DNA from: a virus
Taxonomy: Duplodnaviria; Caudoviricetes
Strand: one strand, 5' to 3'
DNA: 64,000 bases
Virus record (IMG/VR): IMGVR_UViG_3300032218_000600
Location: 5,717-69,716 of that record
Position numbers and translations under genes: made by a program. The notes beneath the pieces were generated by a model, which was given only the letters and a program-made list of their open reading frames with translations, was not told the DNA's origin and made no database searches. Of this stretch, positions 46,913 to 55,992 are shown in pieces (positions within the stretch are counted from its first letter, which is position 1; each line of letters begins with the position of its first letter).

Positions 46913-48024
46913 AAAGAGATATATTTTTTTATTGGACTGGTAAAGAACCTATACATAAATTTGAAGGCGTTAGGAGAGTTTTCCCTACAGCTAGATTTAT
47001 TAAACTTCAAAAAAATCCAGTTAAAACTGCAAAACATATAGCACACGAATCCAGGACTGTTGAGTTTTGGTTAATGAGTATTGATACAATAGTTGAAAAC
47101 ACTATCGATAAAATAACAATACCAGAATGGGATCAAAAGTATGTTCACGTATTCAACAATGATTCTGTAACAGCATTTTTAGTGCCCAAGGCTTATCAGT
47201 ATAATGCATCCGAAATAGAGATAGGTCATTTTGAAAATAAAAAAATATTTGAATCAACTGACGTAAAAAATAGACCATATGATATATTTTTCTTGTCATA
47301 CGATGAAGAGTTTGCTGATGATAACTGGAAAACTTTAGTAAAAAGATTTCAATATGCAGAACGTATACAAGGTATAACTGGTATTTTTAATGCACACTTA
47401 GAAGCGGCAAAGAAATCAACTACAGATTATTTTTGGGTAGTTGATGCAGATGCTGCCATTGAAGATACATTTAAGTTTGAATATAAAGTATCAGAGTGGG
47501 ATTTTGATGTTGTACATATATGGAAAAGTCGTAATGCAGTTAATGGACTAGAGTACGGCCATGGCGGTGTTAAACTTATTCCTAAGTTTATTTTACTTAC
47601 AAGAGCAGACAAAAACGCTATCGATGTAACTACGAGTATTGGATCAAAAATAACAGTATTTGATGAAATATCAAATACTAACAACTTTGCTGTCACTCCG
47701 CTAACTGCTTGGAGAGCTGGATTTAGAGAAGCCGCAAAATTGACCAGTCAAGTAGTAAGTAGACGCAATGATAAAAATACCGCTACTAGATTAGAAGCAT
47801 GGTGTAACGTCAATCAAAACCACCCGTTAGGTAGTTATGTACTTGCTGGCGCAAGACTTGGAAAAAAGTTTGGTATGCGTAACATCAAAAATAAACCCGA
47901 GTTAGCACTAATCAATGATTATGCTTGGCTCGAGTCTAAGTTTGAAGAGTATATTGTAATGTCTAAGCGTATTGCTGAGTTTATGGAGTTAAACCAGCAG
48001 CCAGAGGAAAAATCTCAGCAATAA
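46909..48024 (+). CDS. GT2-like glycosyltransferase paralogue with an extra degenerate N-terminal copy
   Basis: DIFFLSYDE, AHLEAA, FWVVDADA, YGHGGVKL, AWRAGFREAAKL; similar motifs recur weakly in the N-terminal third. Confidence 0.55.
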   Translation: MKRDIFFYWTGKEPIHKFEGVRRVFPTARFIKLQKNPVKTAKHIAHESRTVEFWLMSIDTIVENTIDKITIPEWDQKYVHVFNNDSVTAFLVPKAYQYNASEIEIGHFENKKIFESTDVKNRPYDIFFLSYDEEFADDNWKTLVKRFQYAERIQGITGIFNAHLEAAKKSTTDYFWVVDADAAIEDTFKFEYKVSEWDFDVVHIWKSRNAVNGLEYGHGGVKLIPKFILLTRADKNAIDVTTSIGSKITVFDEISNTNNFAVTPLTAWRAGFREAAKLTSQVVSRRNDKNTATRLEAWCNVNQNHPLGSYVLAGARLGKKFGMRNIKNKPELALINDYAWLESKFEEYIVMSKRIAEFMELNQQPEEKSQQ

Positions 48025-48661
48025 CTTTTGCACACTCTTTAGCAACTAGTTGGTGCTCAAGTTGTGTACCATTGGCACTACGCAACTCAATAAAATGAAT
48101 CCAACTGCGTAGTGTTCCATTCATATACAAACGACTTTCGATTAATCCCTCAGGCAATACAGCACGGGCCTGTTCTTTAGCAATACCATTTATGATTGCA
48201 TACTCATATGCTTCTCGACATTTTCTAATAACTTCACGTTGGATGTTTTCCCAACCTGCGGCTAAGAAACGATCAGCATCGTTATTCAAATCTAATGCTA
48301 TACTATTTTGTCTATTTTTCTCGTCTTGGCGTCTTGCTTCGCGTTGTACAAAGTTGAGATCCTTTGTTGGGTCAGCGTAACGCTGGCTAAACTCTTGGAA
48401 ACTGAAACTTCTGTGGCGCAAGATTTGCCTTGCAATATCTCGTGTTGTCGTAATTTCCAAGCAAGCTGATACCATTTCGAGTGGACTCCAATGCTGGTGT
48501 TTGACCAGGTACTTGATAAGTTTTTCGCTTGTTTCGGTGTTGAGTTGATTACTTGGGTTTGATACTCGGGCGCAATAGGCAATGAGTTCTTGCGCATCAT
48601 CGATCCCTTGATCGGCAAAATCTTTTGTTGGTTGCGAATAGGATAAGAGTTTAACATTCAT
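47981..48661 (-). CDS. thyX: FAD-dependent thymidylate synthase
   Basis: AYCARVS, HWSPLEM, RHRSFSFQEFSQRY (ThyX motif), EQARAVLP, WIHFIELR. Confidence 0.93.
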   Translation of the reverse strand: MNVKLLSYSQPTKDFADQGIDDAQELIAYCARVSNPSNQLNTETSEKLIKYLVKHQHWSPLEMVSACLEITTTRDIARQILRHRSFSFQEFSQRYADPTKDLNFVQREARRQDEKNRQNSIALDLNNDADRFLAAGWENIQREVIRKCREAYEYAIINGIAKEQARAVLPEGLIESRLYMNGTLRSWIHFIELRSANGTQLEHQLVAKECAKVIAEIFPLAAGLTP

Positions 48662-48664
48662 TGT

Positions 48665-48985
48665 TTATAACTTTCTTTTTTTCAAAAATCTTTTTGTACT
48701 TTTTTCAATATCTCGTTTGACTCTAAAAGTGTCTAACTTAAAATCAATATTTTCGATAGTATCTTCGTATGTTTTAAGTAGTTCAGATAAGTTTCGTTCA
48801 AACGGGTCCCAACCTTCTTTTCTGGTTACACTGGTGATTTTAATCTCCCAAGTTTTTCCGTCTTTAAAATTTACCAGCACAGCATAGAGATAGTTAAGGG
48901 GAACTACCCTTAACTTTATCTCATTAAATACTTCTGGCCAATGTTCAACTACGTCTTTAGGGAGTAACTTATGACCCGGGCTCAC
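48665..48985 (-). CDS. Hypothetical protein
   Basis: 106 aa; translationally coupled to its neighbours. Confidence 0.55.
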   Translation of the reverse strand: MSPGHKLLPKDVVEHWPEVFNEIKLRVVPLNYLYAVLVNFKDGKTWEIKITSVTRKEGWDPFERNLSELLKTYEDTIENIDFKLDTFRVKRDIEKSTKRFLKKRKL

Positions 48986-49599
48986 TTCTTCTTAGTAGGA
49001 ACTAAATCTTCAGCCATACGTCTAAATGCCGCGGCTTCTTTAGCCAACTTGTCGGCTTTAGAGCGATATTCCTTAGCTTGTTGCTCTGGGGTTAAGTTTA
49101 AGTTTACTGGTTCTTCAGTATCATTAATAGAACCAGAAGTTGTTTTTGCACTTGCTGGTTCAGCAATACTAGGCTCACCTAACTCGCGTGTTCTAGGCTC
49201 AGCTGGGCGTTCTGGTTGAATAGTTAATCCATCAACTGCAATACCGCGTTGTTCTGCAATGATTTGATTTAGTTCAGCTAGTGATATTGAAACAGCCGGT
49301 GTAGGTTGCATTTCAACTTGATCAGTGCCAACTTTAACTAATCTATTCTGTGTGTGCAATGCCGAAAGCATAATGCTTCCGTCAGGAAAGTTTGTTCTTG
49401 CTAACGCTTCTGCAAACTCGTATGAATCTTGTCCTGCTGTACTTTCAACTAGATTAATCAACGAATCGTGATAGCTATCAGGTAAGTTTTCTGTTGGGAT
49501 TACTAAACAACTATAAGCATCACCGGGTAACGTTCTATATGCAACTAGGCATTTTTTATTGGTTGCCTTAATCCTACCTACGTGTTTAATTTCGGACAT
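48982..49599 (-). CDS. Hypothetical protein
   Basis: 205 aa, starts KHVGRIK; coupled ORF. Confidence 0.6.
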   Translation of the reverse strand: MSEIKHVGRIKATNKKCLVAYRTLPGDAYSCLVIPTENLPDSYHDSLINLVESTAGQDSYEFAEALARTNFPDGSIMLSALHTQNRLVKVGTDQVEMQPTPAVSISLAELNQIIAEQRGIAVDGLTIQPERPAEPRTRELGEPSIAEPASAKTTSGSINDTEEPVNLNLTPEQQAKEYRSKADKLAKEAAAFRRMAEDLVPTKKK

Positions 49600-49820
49600 T
49601 ATTTTGCTCCTTCAGTTTGCTTTGAAACTGTTTCTAAAAATGTAGATAGTTTGATATACGTCTGTCCAACTGCTACCATTTCGTTTGGTTTGAATGCACC
49701 TCTAGAGCTAGCAATATCGATAATAGTTTTCATTGCATTCAAATCATTGATATTAAGCTCGGCACCTTGTTCTTGTGCAGGTGCTTTTGGTTGTTCTTGA
49801 TTTTCTACTTGTTCGGTCAT
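49599..49820 (-). CDS. Hypothetical protein
   Basis: 73 aa; AAGGAG RBS; SRGAFKPNEM. Confidence 0.6.
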   Translation of the reverse strand: MTEQVENQEQPKAPAQEQGAELNINDLNAMKTIIDIASSRGAFKPNEMVAVGQTYIKLSTFLETVSKQTEGAK

Positions 49821-49852
49821 AATATCTCCTTATTCGAAAAGTACTAAGTAAT

Positions 49853-50140
49853 TTATCTAGTTTCTAAATGTGGGCAGGCAATCGTGAAAAAACTGAGTTC
49901 TTTCTCTGTTTCAAACCCTACTACTGTAGTATAGACAATAGTATTAGTTTTATCAAGTGACAATCCTTGACCTATATAATACCGCCCATTTAAATTAGAT
50001 TTAATCCACGCATCTAAATTTTTTAATAATGTTGGATTATATTTGTCAATAGTTGAACTTCGAAAGTGTGGAGCTAGATAATCCACTCTTCGAAGATTAA
50101 AAAAGTTTAAAGGGTTTGGCTTGCCATGCTTTAATGCCAT
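49853..50140 (-). CDS. Hypothetical protein
   Basis: 95 aa; TAATG overlap with the upstream gene. Confidence 0.55.
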   Translation of the reverse strand: MALKHGKPNPLNFFNLRRVDYLAPHFRSSTIDKYNPTLLKNLDAWIKSNLNGRYYIGQGLSLDKTNTIVYTTVVGFETEKELSFFTIACPHLETR

Positions 50141-50688
50141 TACTTTTTTCCTATAATCATAAACCGTTTATAAGAACTGATTGTTTTTGCACCTTCAAAA
50201 AACAACTCTGATAACGGATACATTGTTTTTAATCCTTCGATTGTTTTAACGGTGTTAACGTGCTCTGGTATTTCTAAGTTATTAGATTGTATTAAACATA
50301 TAGTACCAGCAGGAATATTTTCAAACCAATCGTGTGATTCCATATGTTCCGCACTCGTGTTAATAACACAGTTTACTTCACTAGGATAATCTATTTCATT
50401 AACATCTTTAGGGAATGATTTAAACTGCCAATCTTTTTGTTCCCATAAGTTATTAATGGTGTTAGCAACAATACATGCCTCGGGATCTAAATCAAAAGAT
50501 CGGCATGTGTTTATTTCAATGTTGTCCCTAATCTTAAGAATAAAAAAGAGGGTAGCGTACCACCCTCCTAACAGGTAAACATTTAATGCACCAACATTAT
50601 TTGTGTTGATGCAGTTTTCTAGTTCTCTAGCGGCCCATATTTTAGATTTAAGTTGACCTGCTGAAAATGCTTCAGGATTGAGTTCCAT
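50140..50688 (-). CDS. Class I SAM-dependent methyltransferase-like protein
   Basis: Probable start MELNPEAFS (GAGG RBS; track start 50790); LLGGWY, acidic SFDLDP, INTSAEHM. Confidence 0.45.
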   Translation of the reverse strand: MELNPEAFSAGQLKSKIWAARELENCINTNNVGALNVYLLGGWYATLFFILKIRDNIEINTCRSFDLDPEACIVANTINNLWEQKDWQFKSFPKDVNEIDYPSEVNCVINTSAEHMESHDWFENIPAGTICLIQSNNLEIPEHVNTVKTIEGLKTMYPLSELFFEGAKTISSYKRFMIIGKK

Positions 50689-51868
50689 TATTTTCCTCGT
50701 AATATGCATATTCGCCAAACGGAGGAACAATAGTGTTATTACCATGAATAATGAATACTGTATCACAGTAGTTTTCATCACCCCACTCACCGTATGGATA
50801 ACCGTCTGTAAACATGATGAACTTCTTAGGAGTAATATCCTGTTCTTTCATGTATTCCCAGTTAGCCATAAAATCAGTACCTCCGCCGCCCATGACTTCG
50901 TAGTTATCAAACTCGTCTGCACTGTACCCATCAAAATTGGCTTCGTTGTAAATGTTAGTGTCAAAGCACCAAAGTTTGATCTTGAAATCTTTGTATTCTT
51001 GCATAATACCTTTGATTTCACTTAAGAAGTCTTTTGCTTGATCGTCACCGATAGAACCAGACATGTCAATGCTAACGCAGATATCAATAGTTTCTTCAAA
51101 GTTCATTCCTGGCAATACTGCACCAATGTGCCAACCTTTACGATTAGGACGTTGGAATGTAAAGTCATTACGGATAGTACTTTGGATCTGTTGGCGCAAA
51201 ATTTCACGCCAGTTCATTTTAGGTTCGGTGAGTTCTTTAATCATGCGTTGGATGCTTGCAGGAGTATTGCCTGCACCCGCCGCCTGTGCCGCTTGAATAG
51301 TAGCTTCACGAATCTCATCACGAATCTGTTTGAGCTCGTCTTTGGTATAGCTGGGTTTATTACCTTTACCCTTGCCATCTTTATCACCCCAGTCGACGTG
51401 ATCATCTAGCAGTTGCCCCAATGCTTCTAACTCTTGCTCATCCATGTCGTCATAGATTTTGTCGTATACTTCTTCCGCACTCATACCGTAATATTTGGTA
51501 TCGTGAAAAATCTTAATCTCTTTAGGAGGAACTTCACCGATTCGATCTCGAATCAACTGTCCGTTAACACAATAGTCAGCGGCAATATTAAAAATCTTTC
51601 GATTACGACCTTCGTTACGACCCATATGGTCAAATACATTATGCAAGATTTCGTGAGCAATAACAAACTCAACCTGTTTAGTAGTAAGGGGAGTAAAAAA
51701 CTCACGATTGAAGAAAATGCTACGACCATCAGTTGCGGCTGTGGCACACCAATCGGATGCATCTACGATTTTAAGGCGAGTAGCTATATTACCAAAAAAC
51801 GGATGGCGGAGTAGCAAGCCTACTCGGGCTACAATAATTTTATCAATAACTGGATCTAAATGCGACAT
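50672..51868 (-). CDS. Zincin-like (HExxH) + vWA domain protein (DUF2201-like)
   Basis: TAATDG, AHEILH, MIDAS DMSGS, GGGGTDF, FTDG; ATG at 51868 with TAGGAG RBS. Confidence 0.8.
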   Translation of the reverse strand: MSHLDPVIDKIIVARVGLLLRHPFFGNIATRLKIVDASDWCATAATDGRSIFFNREFFTPLTTKQVEFVIAHEILHNVFDHMGRNEGRNRKIFNIAADYCVNGQLIRDRIGEVPPKEIKIFHDTKYYGMSAEEVYDKIYDDMDEQELEALGQLLDDHVDWGDKDGKGKGNKPSYTKDELKQIRDEIREATIQAAQAAGAGNTPASIQRMIKELTEPKMNWREILRQQIQSTIRNDFTFQRPNRKGWHIGAVLPGMNFEETIDICVSIDMSGSIGDDQAKDFLSEIKGIMQEYKDFKIKLWCFDTNIYNEANFDGYSADEFDNYEVMGGGGTDFMANWEYMKEQDITPKKFIMFTDGYPYGEWGDENYCDTVFIIHGNNTIVPPFGEYAYYEENNGTQS

Positions 51869-51897
51869 ATCTGCTCCTAAGTGTTTACTATGTATAT

Positions 51898-51926
51898 AGT
51901 ATAACACCTCCCGTAGGAGGTGTCAA
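51898..51926 (-). promoter_or_regulatory. sigma70 promoter TTGACA-N17-TATACT with a hairpin in the spacer
   Basis: -35 at 51926-51921, -10 at 51903-51898; inverted repeat ACACCTCC-N4-GGAGGTGT spans the spacer. Confidence 0.75.
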
Positions 51927-51942
51927 CTATCCTCAAACCGTT

Positions 51943-53040
51943 TTATCGGCCGTCTTTTTCAGTTGCGGCGCTAATGTACTTACCGAACTTAGCATGGAAC
52001 TCGTCAAAACATTTAATCTCGTCTGGATCCAATGGCAGTTTGTAGCTAGACAATGCCAACTTAGTGCCCATAATAACTAGCTCAGTTTCAAAATTATCCA
52101 TCATAAACTGGAAGAAACAGTTAACTTGATCATTCCAGTTTTTGGCTTTTTTGTCGCATGCATCTTTGAGTTCGTAGCAAAGGCTAACAGTCAACGAGTA
52201 CATTGCTGAAATCTCTTTGGACTCCATTTTCTTAACTTTGCCATTCAAAATATCACCAGGATTTGGCATCTTGCTAGCAATCTTACGATGTGCCATAAAC
52301 TTAACAGCCAAACCTTCGCCAACTGAACCTGATACCAAATCAGTCATTGTATTTTCGTCAGTGTCATCGTCGTGCAACAACTCGCTAACAAATGACCAGC
52401 TACGTGGAGTAGCAAACGAACGTGAGCTAGATTTTGGATCAAAATCGTACAAATCTTTCTTAGAGAAGGTCAAAAAGCCCACAACGTCCTTATGGATTTT
52501 GTTTTCAGTAGCCCACTCAAAGTAGTCGTCCCAATCAACAGTCATTTCCAAGTGAACGAAGCGGTTTGCCAACGGAGCAGGCATACGATAAGTAACACCC
52601 TTGTCAGTTTCACGGTTACCAGCGGCAACAATACTAACATTGTCGGGCAAATGGTAAGTACCAACACGGCGGTTCAAAACCAACTGATAGGCAGCGGCCT
52701 GTACACTAGGAGCGGCACTGTTCATCTCGTCGAGGAAAAGAACAATGTGTTTATGTTCCTTAGCCATCTCTGCATCAGGCAGTTCGCTAGGAGGAGCCCA
52801 AACCATTTTGCTAGTGTTTGAGTCAAAGTAAGGAATACCTTTAATATCTGTAGGTTCCCAAAGTGAAAGACGAACGTCAATCACGTGAGCGTCAAGTTCT
52901 TCACCCAACTGCTTAATAATATCCGATTTACCAATACCGGGAGGCCCCCACAGGAAAATTGGACGCTTATTTTTAAATGCTTTGCGCAGAGATTTTTTAG
53001 CGCCTTTTGGACCAACTGTGCGGCTTACGATTTCGCTCAT
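51943..53040 (-). CDS. MoxR-like AAA+ ATPase
   Basis: GPPGIGKS, LFLDEMN, AAGNR, PLANRF, TPRSW. Confidence 0.88.
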   Translation of the reverse strand: MSEIVSRTVGPKGAKKSLRKAFKNKRPIFLWGPPGIGKSDIIKQLGEELDAHVIDVRLSLWEPTDIKGIPYFDSNTSKMVWAPPSELPDAEMAKEHKHIVLFLDEMNSAAPSVQAAAYQLVLNRRVGTYHLPDNVSIVAAGNRETDKGVTYRMPAPLANRFVHLEMTVDWDDYFEWATENKIHKDVVGFLTFSKKDLYDFDPKSSSRSFATPRSWSFVSELLHDDDTDENTMTDLVSGSVGEGLAVKFMAHRKIASKMPNPGDILNGKVKKMESKEISAMYSLTVSLCYELKDACDKKAKNWNDQVNCFFQFMMDNFETELVIMGTKLALSSYKLPLDPDEIKCFDEFHAKFGKYISAATEKDGR

Positions 53041-53093
53041 AATGTTTCCTATCTTAGTTAAAAAAAGGTTGTTACCTAACTGTCTATGTAGCT

Positions 53094-53122
53094 ATTGTAC
53101 AGGAAGATCTTCAGGATGTCAA
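53094..53122 (-). promoter_or_regulatory. sigma70 promoter TTGACA-N17-TACAAT with an A-rich UP-like element
   Basis: -35 at 53122-53117, -10 at 53099-53094; A-tracts upstream. Confidence 0.8.
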
Positions 53123-53148
53123 CAGTTTTTTAAACTTTTTTGAGCTAG

Positions 53149-53550
53149 TTAGCCAAAATCTTTCATTTCTTTTTGGCGTTCGTTCATTGCTTTTACAAGT
53201 CCAAATTTTCGAATGTCATCGGAAAACATATAAAGCTCAAAACTTTTTTTCTCCGAAAATACAGTTATACTTTGGTTTGTAAGATAGTACGGACAATCAA
53301 TATATCTTTCCAAAAATATGATTGTCTGTGGACTGAGTTCGATTGGCTCAGTAAATGGTATTTCATATTCTTTAAGGTCAAGTTCTTTTATTAAGAACTC
53401 GTAACCTTCATCGCTTAATCGAAATGCATTTTTCTTTCCAACTCGATTTGATTGCCACCATTTATGAGAATACAAATCTACATTGGCATCATCGATGCTT
53501 TTGCCCCACTGCTGTAAAAATATTTTGGTGAGGGCAGTTCGAGACGTCAT
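53149..53550 (-). CDS. Hypothetical protein
   Basis: 133 aa; LRL/FRLSDEGY; coupled. Confidence 0.55.
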   Translation of the reverse strand: MTSRTALTKIFLQQWGKSIDDANVDLYSHKWWQSNRVGKKNAFRLSDEGYEFLIKELDLKEYEIPFTEPIELSPQTIIFLERYIDCPYYLTNQSITVFSEKKSFELYMFSDDIRKFGLVKAMNERQKEMKDFG

Positions 53551-53831
53551 TCGATAATCTCGCCCGAAGTTAATTTGACTACTTTAAAATCTTGACTGCC
53601 AAATACAAGATTAAGTTTTTTAGCCAAGTTACGTGCATGACCAGGATTAGAAAAACTAACCTTTTTATATTTAGGTCCGGGGTAGCTGGTAAGACTATTA
53701 AAGCTCTTAAGATTAAAAGGCTCGCCTTTATAGAACACAGCCCAAATGGCTTCAGCTTCTAAAACTTGTTCAGCCTTATAAGTCTTTTTGTTTATGTGTT
53801 CTAACAGTATTTTAGGTTTAGGTCTACTCAT
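53547..53831 (-). CDS. Hypothetical protein
   Basis: Probable start MSRPKPK; YPGPKYKKVSFSNPGHA. Confidence 0.6.
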   Translation of the reverse strand: MSRPKPKILLEHINKKTYKAEQVLEAEAIWAVFYKGEPFNLKSFNSLTSYPGPKYKKVSFSNPGHARNLAKKLNLVFGSQDFKVVKLTSGEIIE

Positions 53832-53864
53832 ACATACGTCCAATAAAGTACGTATATATTTATC

Positions 53865-54110
53865 CTATTTTTCCTCGAAACCACCACCGTCTAATTCAAC
53901 GGTTATAACCGCCGGATCACTAACTTGTTTTAGTGCATGGTATAATGTTTCCCAGTCTCTATTCATCTTTTCCATTATTTCTGTTAATGCAAGATTAAGT
54001 AGTCGAGCCTGCTGGATAGTCATTTTTAGCTCTTTTTGTTGACTGAGTTCAGCAGTTCGTAACTGTTGTATAAACTGTTGGACTGGAGTTAGATTAATCT
54101 GATTTTGCAT
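53865..54110 (-). CDS. Hypothetical protein
   Basis: 81 aa; ends ELDGGGF. Confidence 0.5.
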   Translation of the reverse strand: MQNQINLTPVQQFIQQLRTAELSQQKELKMTIQQARLLNLALTEIMEKMNRDWETLYHALKQVSDPAVITVELDGGGFEEK

Positions 54111-54579
54111 TTGTCAATACCGTTTTCATTTCTATTTCTGACTTAAAAGGACCTTTGAAAGGATATCGTTCAATAGTAATAGCCTTGGGGCAAAAACTCT
54201 TGACCCAACCTTTATCAAACTTGATAACATAGTATCCAGCACAATATAAACTTTTACTAGCATTTGATTTAGTAAACAAAGGTAGTTTTCGTCTTACATC
54301 ATACATGGCATTGTATGGTTTACAACTAGTAGGGTAACCGTGACACTCTTTTAGTTCGTCACTAATAGTTGTAACTTTAACTTTTGGATTTTTTAAAAAG
54401 AATTCTTTACCAAACTGTTTGGTAAGATCATCTTTTTTGTTAAACATCATCTCACCGTTGGTGCTTGATAAAATAAATTTATTGTTTTCTTTTTTATGTA
54501 GGGTGGCAATCTTCTCACCGTCTTGTTCTACAATCCAAAACTTACCATCAACAATAGGTTTAGCGTGTATGTCTGTCAT
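54094..54579 (-). CDS. Hypothetical protein
   Basis: Probable start MTDIHAKP with GAGG RBS; CAGYY, FCPK. Confidence 0.55.
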   Translation of the reverse strand: MTDIHAKPIVDGKFWIVEQDGEKIATLHKKENNKFILSSTNGEMMFNKKDDLTKQFGKEFFLKNPKVKVTTISDELKECHGYPTSCKPYNAMYDVRRKLPLFTKSNASKSLYCAGYYVIKFDKGWVKSFCPKAITIERYPFKGPFKSEIEMKTVLTNAKSD

Positions 54580-54580
54580 T

Positions 54581-55567
54581 TTATTCCTCTTTATATTTTG
54601 CCTGAAATGGCTCAGCATAGGTTTGTATGTTGTCTGCAATCTTTTTCATATCCCAAGTATTGCAGAACTTGAGCATACGAATACCGACTTGATCTACGGT
54701 TTTAGGAACGGCATTTGCTTTAATAGTTTCACGAATACATTCTTTAATCTCTGTAGGTTGTGCTGTTAAGTCGCATAGTTGTACATTACGTTGATAGTCT
54801 TCTAAGACCCTGTGCTCGACGCCGTTATGGTCGGTCCACCTCTGTAACATGAGATTGTTCCACGAATATCCTTTGGCTTTACGATCTTCGAACGCTTCAG
54901 TAAGACCAACTTTGTTTTTAGTACCTTTAGTACGCACACCCGGATACGCCGAGAAGACATTATCACTGGTATCACCACGCATACATTTTTCGAACAGCAT
55001 CCATTCTGGGTCTTGTGCTGGCTTTGGCTCGCCTGTCTTTTTGTCTTTAACGGGTTTACCTTTAGCATCAAAGATTCCTTCGTGTGTAATATGTAAATCG
55101 CCTACACCATTATATTGGCTAACAGTAGGACTAATCAGCTGTGCAAAGTCGCCGTCTGTTGAAATAATAACATGTTTAGCATTTTGGTGACTTTGGATCC
55201 ACCCGGCAATCAAATCATCAGCTTCTAATCTCGAGTGTTGAAGTACTGTACAGTTAGTTTTCTCGCTAATAAAGTTTTTAAACTCATCAAACGCTTCCCA
55301 GAACAACTTATCTTCTTCTTGTTCTTTTACAGTCATTGCACTACGAGTTTCTTGTCTGTTACGTTTATACGGCTCGTAAAAATCCTTACGCCAGCTTCGA
55401 CCTTCAAGGCAGAATACTACGTGAGTACCACCAAAGTCTTGCCAAGCCTTTTTGATACTGTTAAAGGTGATGTGAAACGCCATGCCAAGTTTAATATCAG
55501 CGGCACCTTGTACTACATGGCGGGCACGAAAGAATGTATTTGCAGTATCAACAATAATGTGTGTCAT
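54581..55567 (-). CDS. rnh: T4 RNase H-like 5'-3' exonuclease (FEN/PIN fold)
   Basis: IVDTAN, SWRKDFYEPYK.NR, EADDLI, ISTDGDFAQL, GDTSDNV. Confidence 0.88.
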   Translation of the reverse strand: MTHIIVDTANTFFRARHVVQGAADIKLGMAFHITFNSIKKAWQDFGGTHVVFCLEGRSWRKDFYEPYKRNRQETRSAMTVKEQEEDKLFWEAFDEFKNFISEKTNCTVLQHSRLEADDLIAGWIQSHQNAKHVIISTDGDFAQLISPTVSQYNGVGDLHITHEGIFDAKGKPVKDKKTGEPKPAQDPEWMLFEKCMRGDTSDNVFSAYPGVRTKGTKNKVGLTEAFEDRKAKGYSWNNLMLQRWTDHNGVEHRVLEDYQRNVQLCDLTAQPTEIKECIRETIKANAVPKTVDQVGIRMLKFCNTWDMKKIADNIQTYAEPFQAKYKEE

Positions 55568-55992
55568 GAAACTTCGCTTTTACCTTTTGAAATTGGTGTT
55601 ACATTAATATATCCTGCGCCTCGACTAGTATCCATACCGTCTTCGGCTAGCATGTTTCTTGCTAAGTCTCGGAACCAACGATCAACTATTTCTTCGTCTG
55701 GGTCTCCATCAAAGCCATAACCTGCTTGTTTTAATTGTACAATAAAAAGGTCATTCCAGTCAAGCTCAAAGAAACCATTACGGATATTATCTTTGTTAAC
55801 ATGAGTATCCAAAACACTTACCCAAGATTCACCTTTAGCAGTTGCCCGTTCTTTTGGAGTCATTTTAGCCAACTCTTCAGCACGTTTAGCTTCTTCTTCT
55901 CGTAACTTAGCTTCTTCCATTCTAGCTACAGCTTCAGCTTTTTCTTGCTCTAGTTTTTCAATACCAAATATTCGTTTAATAAATTGTTTCAT
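55564..55992 (-). CDS. Hypothetical protein
   Basis: Probable ATG at 55992 overlapping the queE stop; GFFELDWN. Confidence 0.55.
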   Translation of the reverse strand: MKQFIKRIFGIEKLEQEKAEAVARMEEAKLREEEAKRAEELAKMTPKERATAKGESWVSVLDTHVNKDNIRNGFFELDWNDLFIVQLKQAGYGFDGDPDEEIVDRWFRDLARNMLAEDGMDTSRGAGYINVTPISKGKSEVS

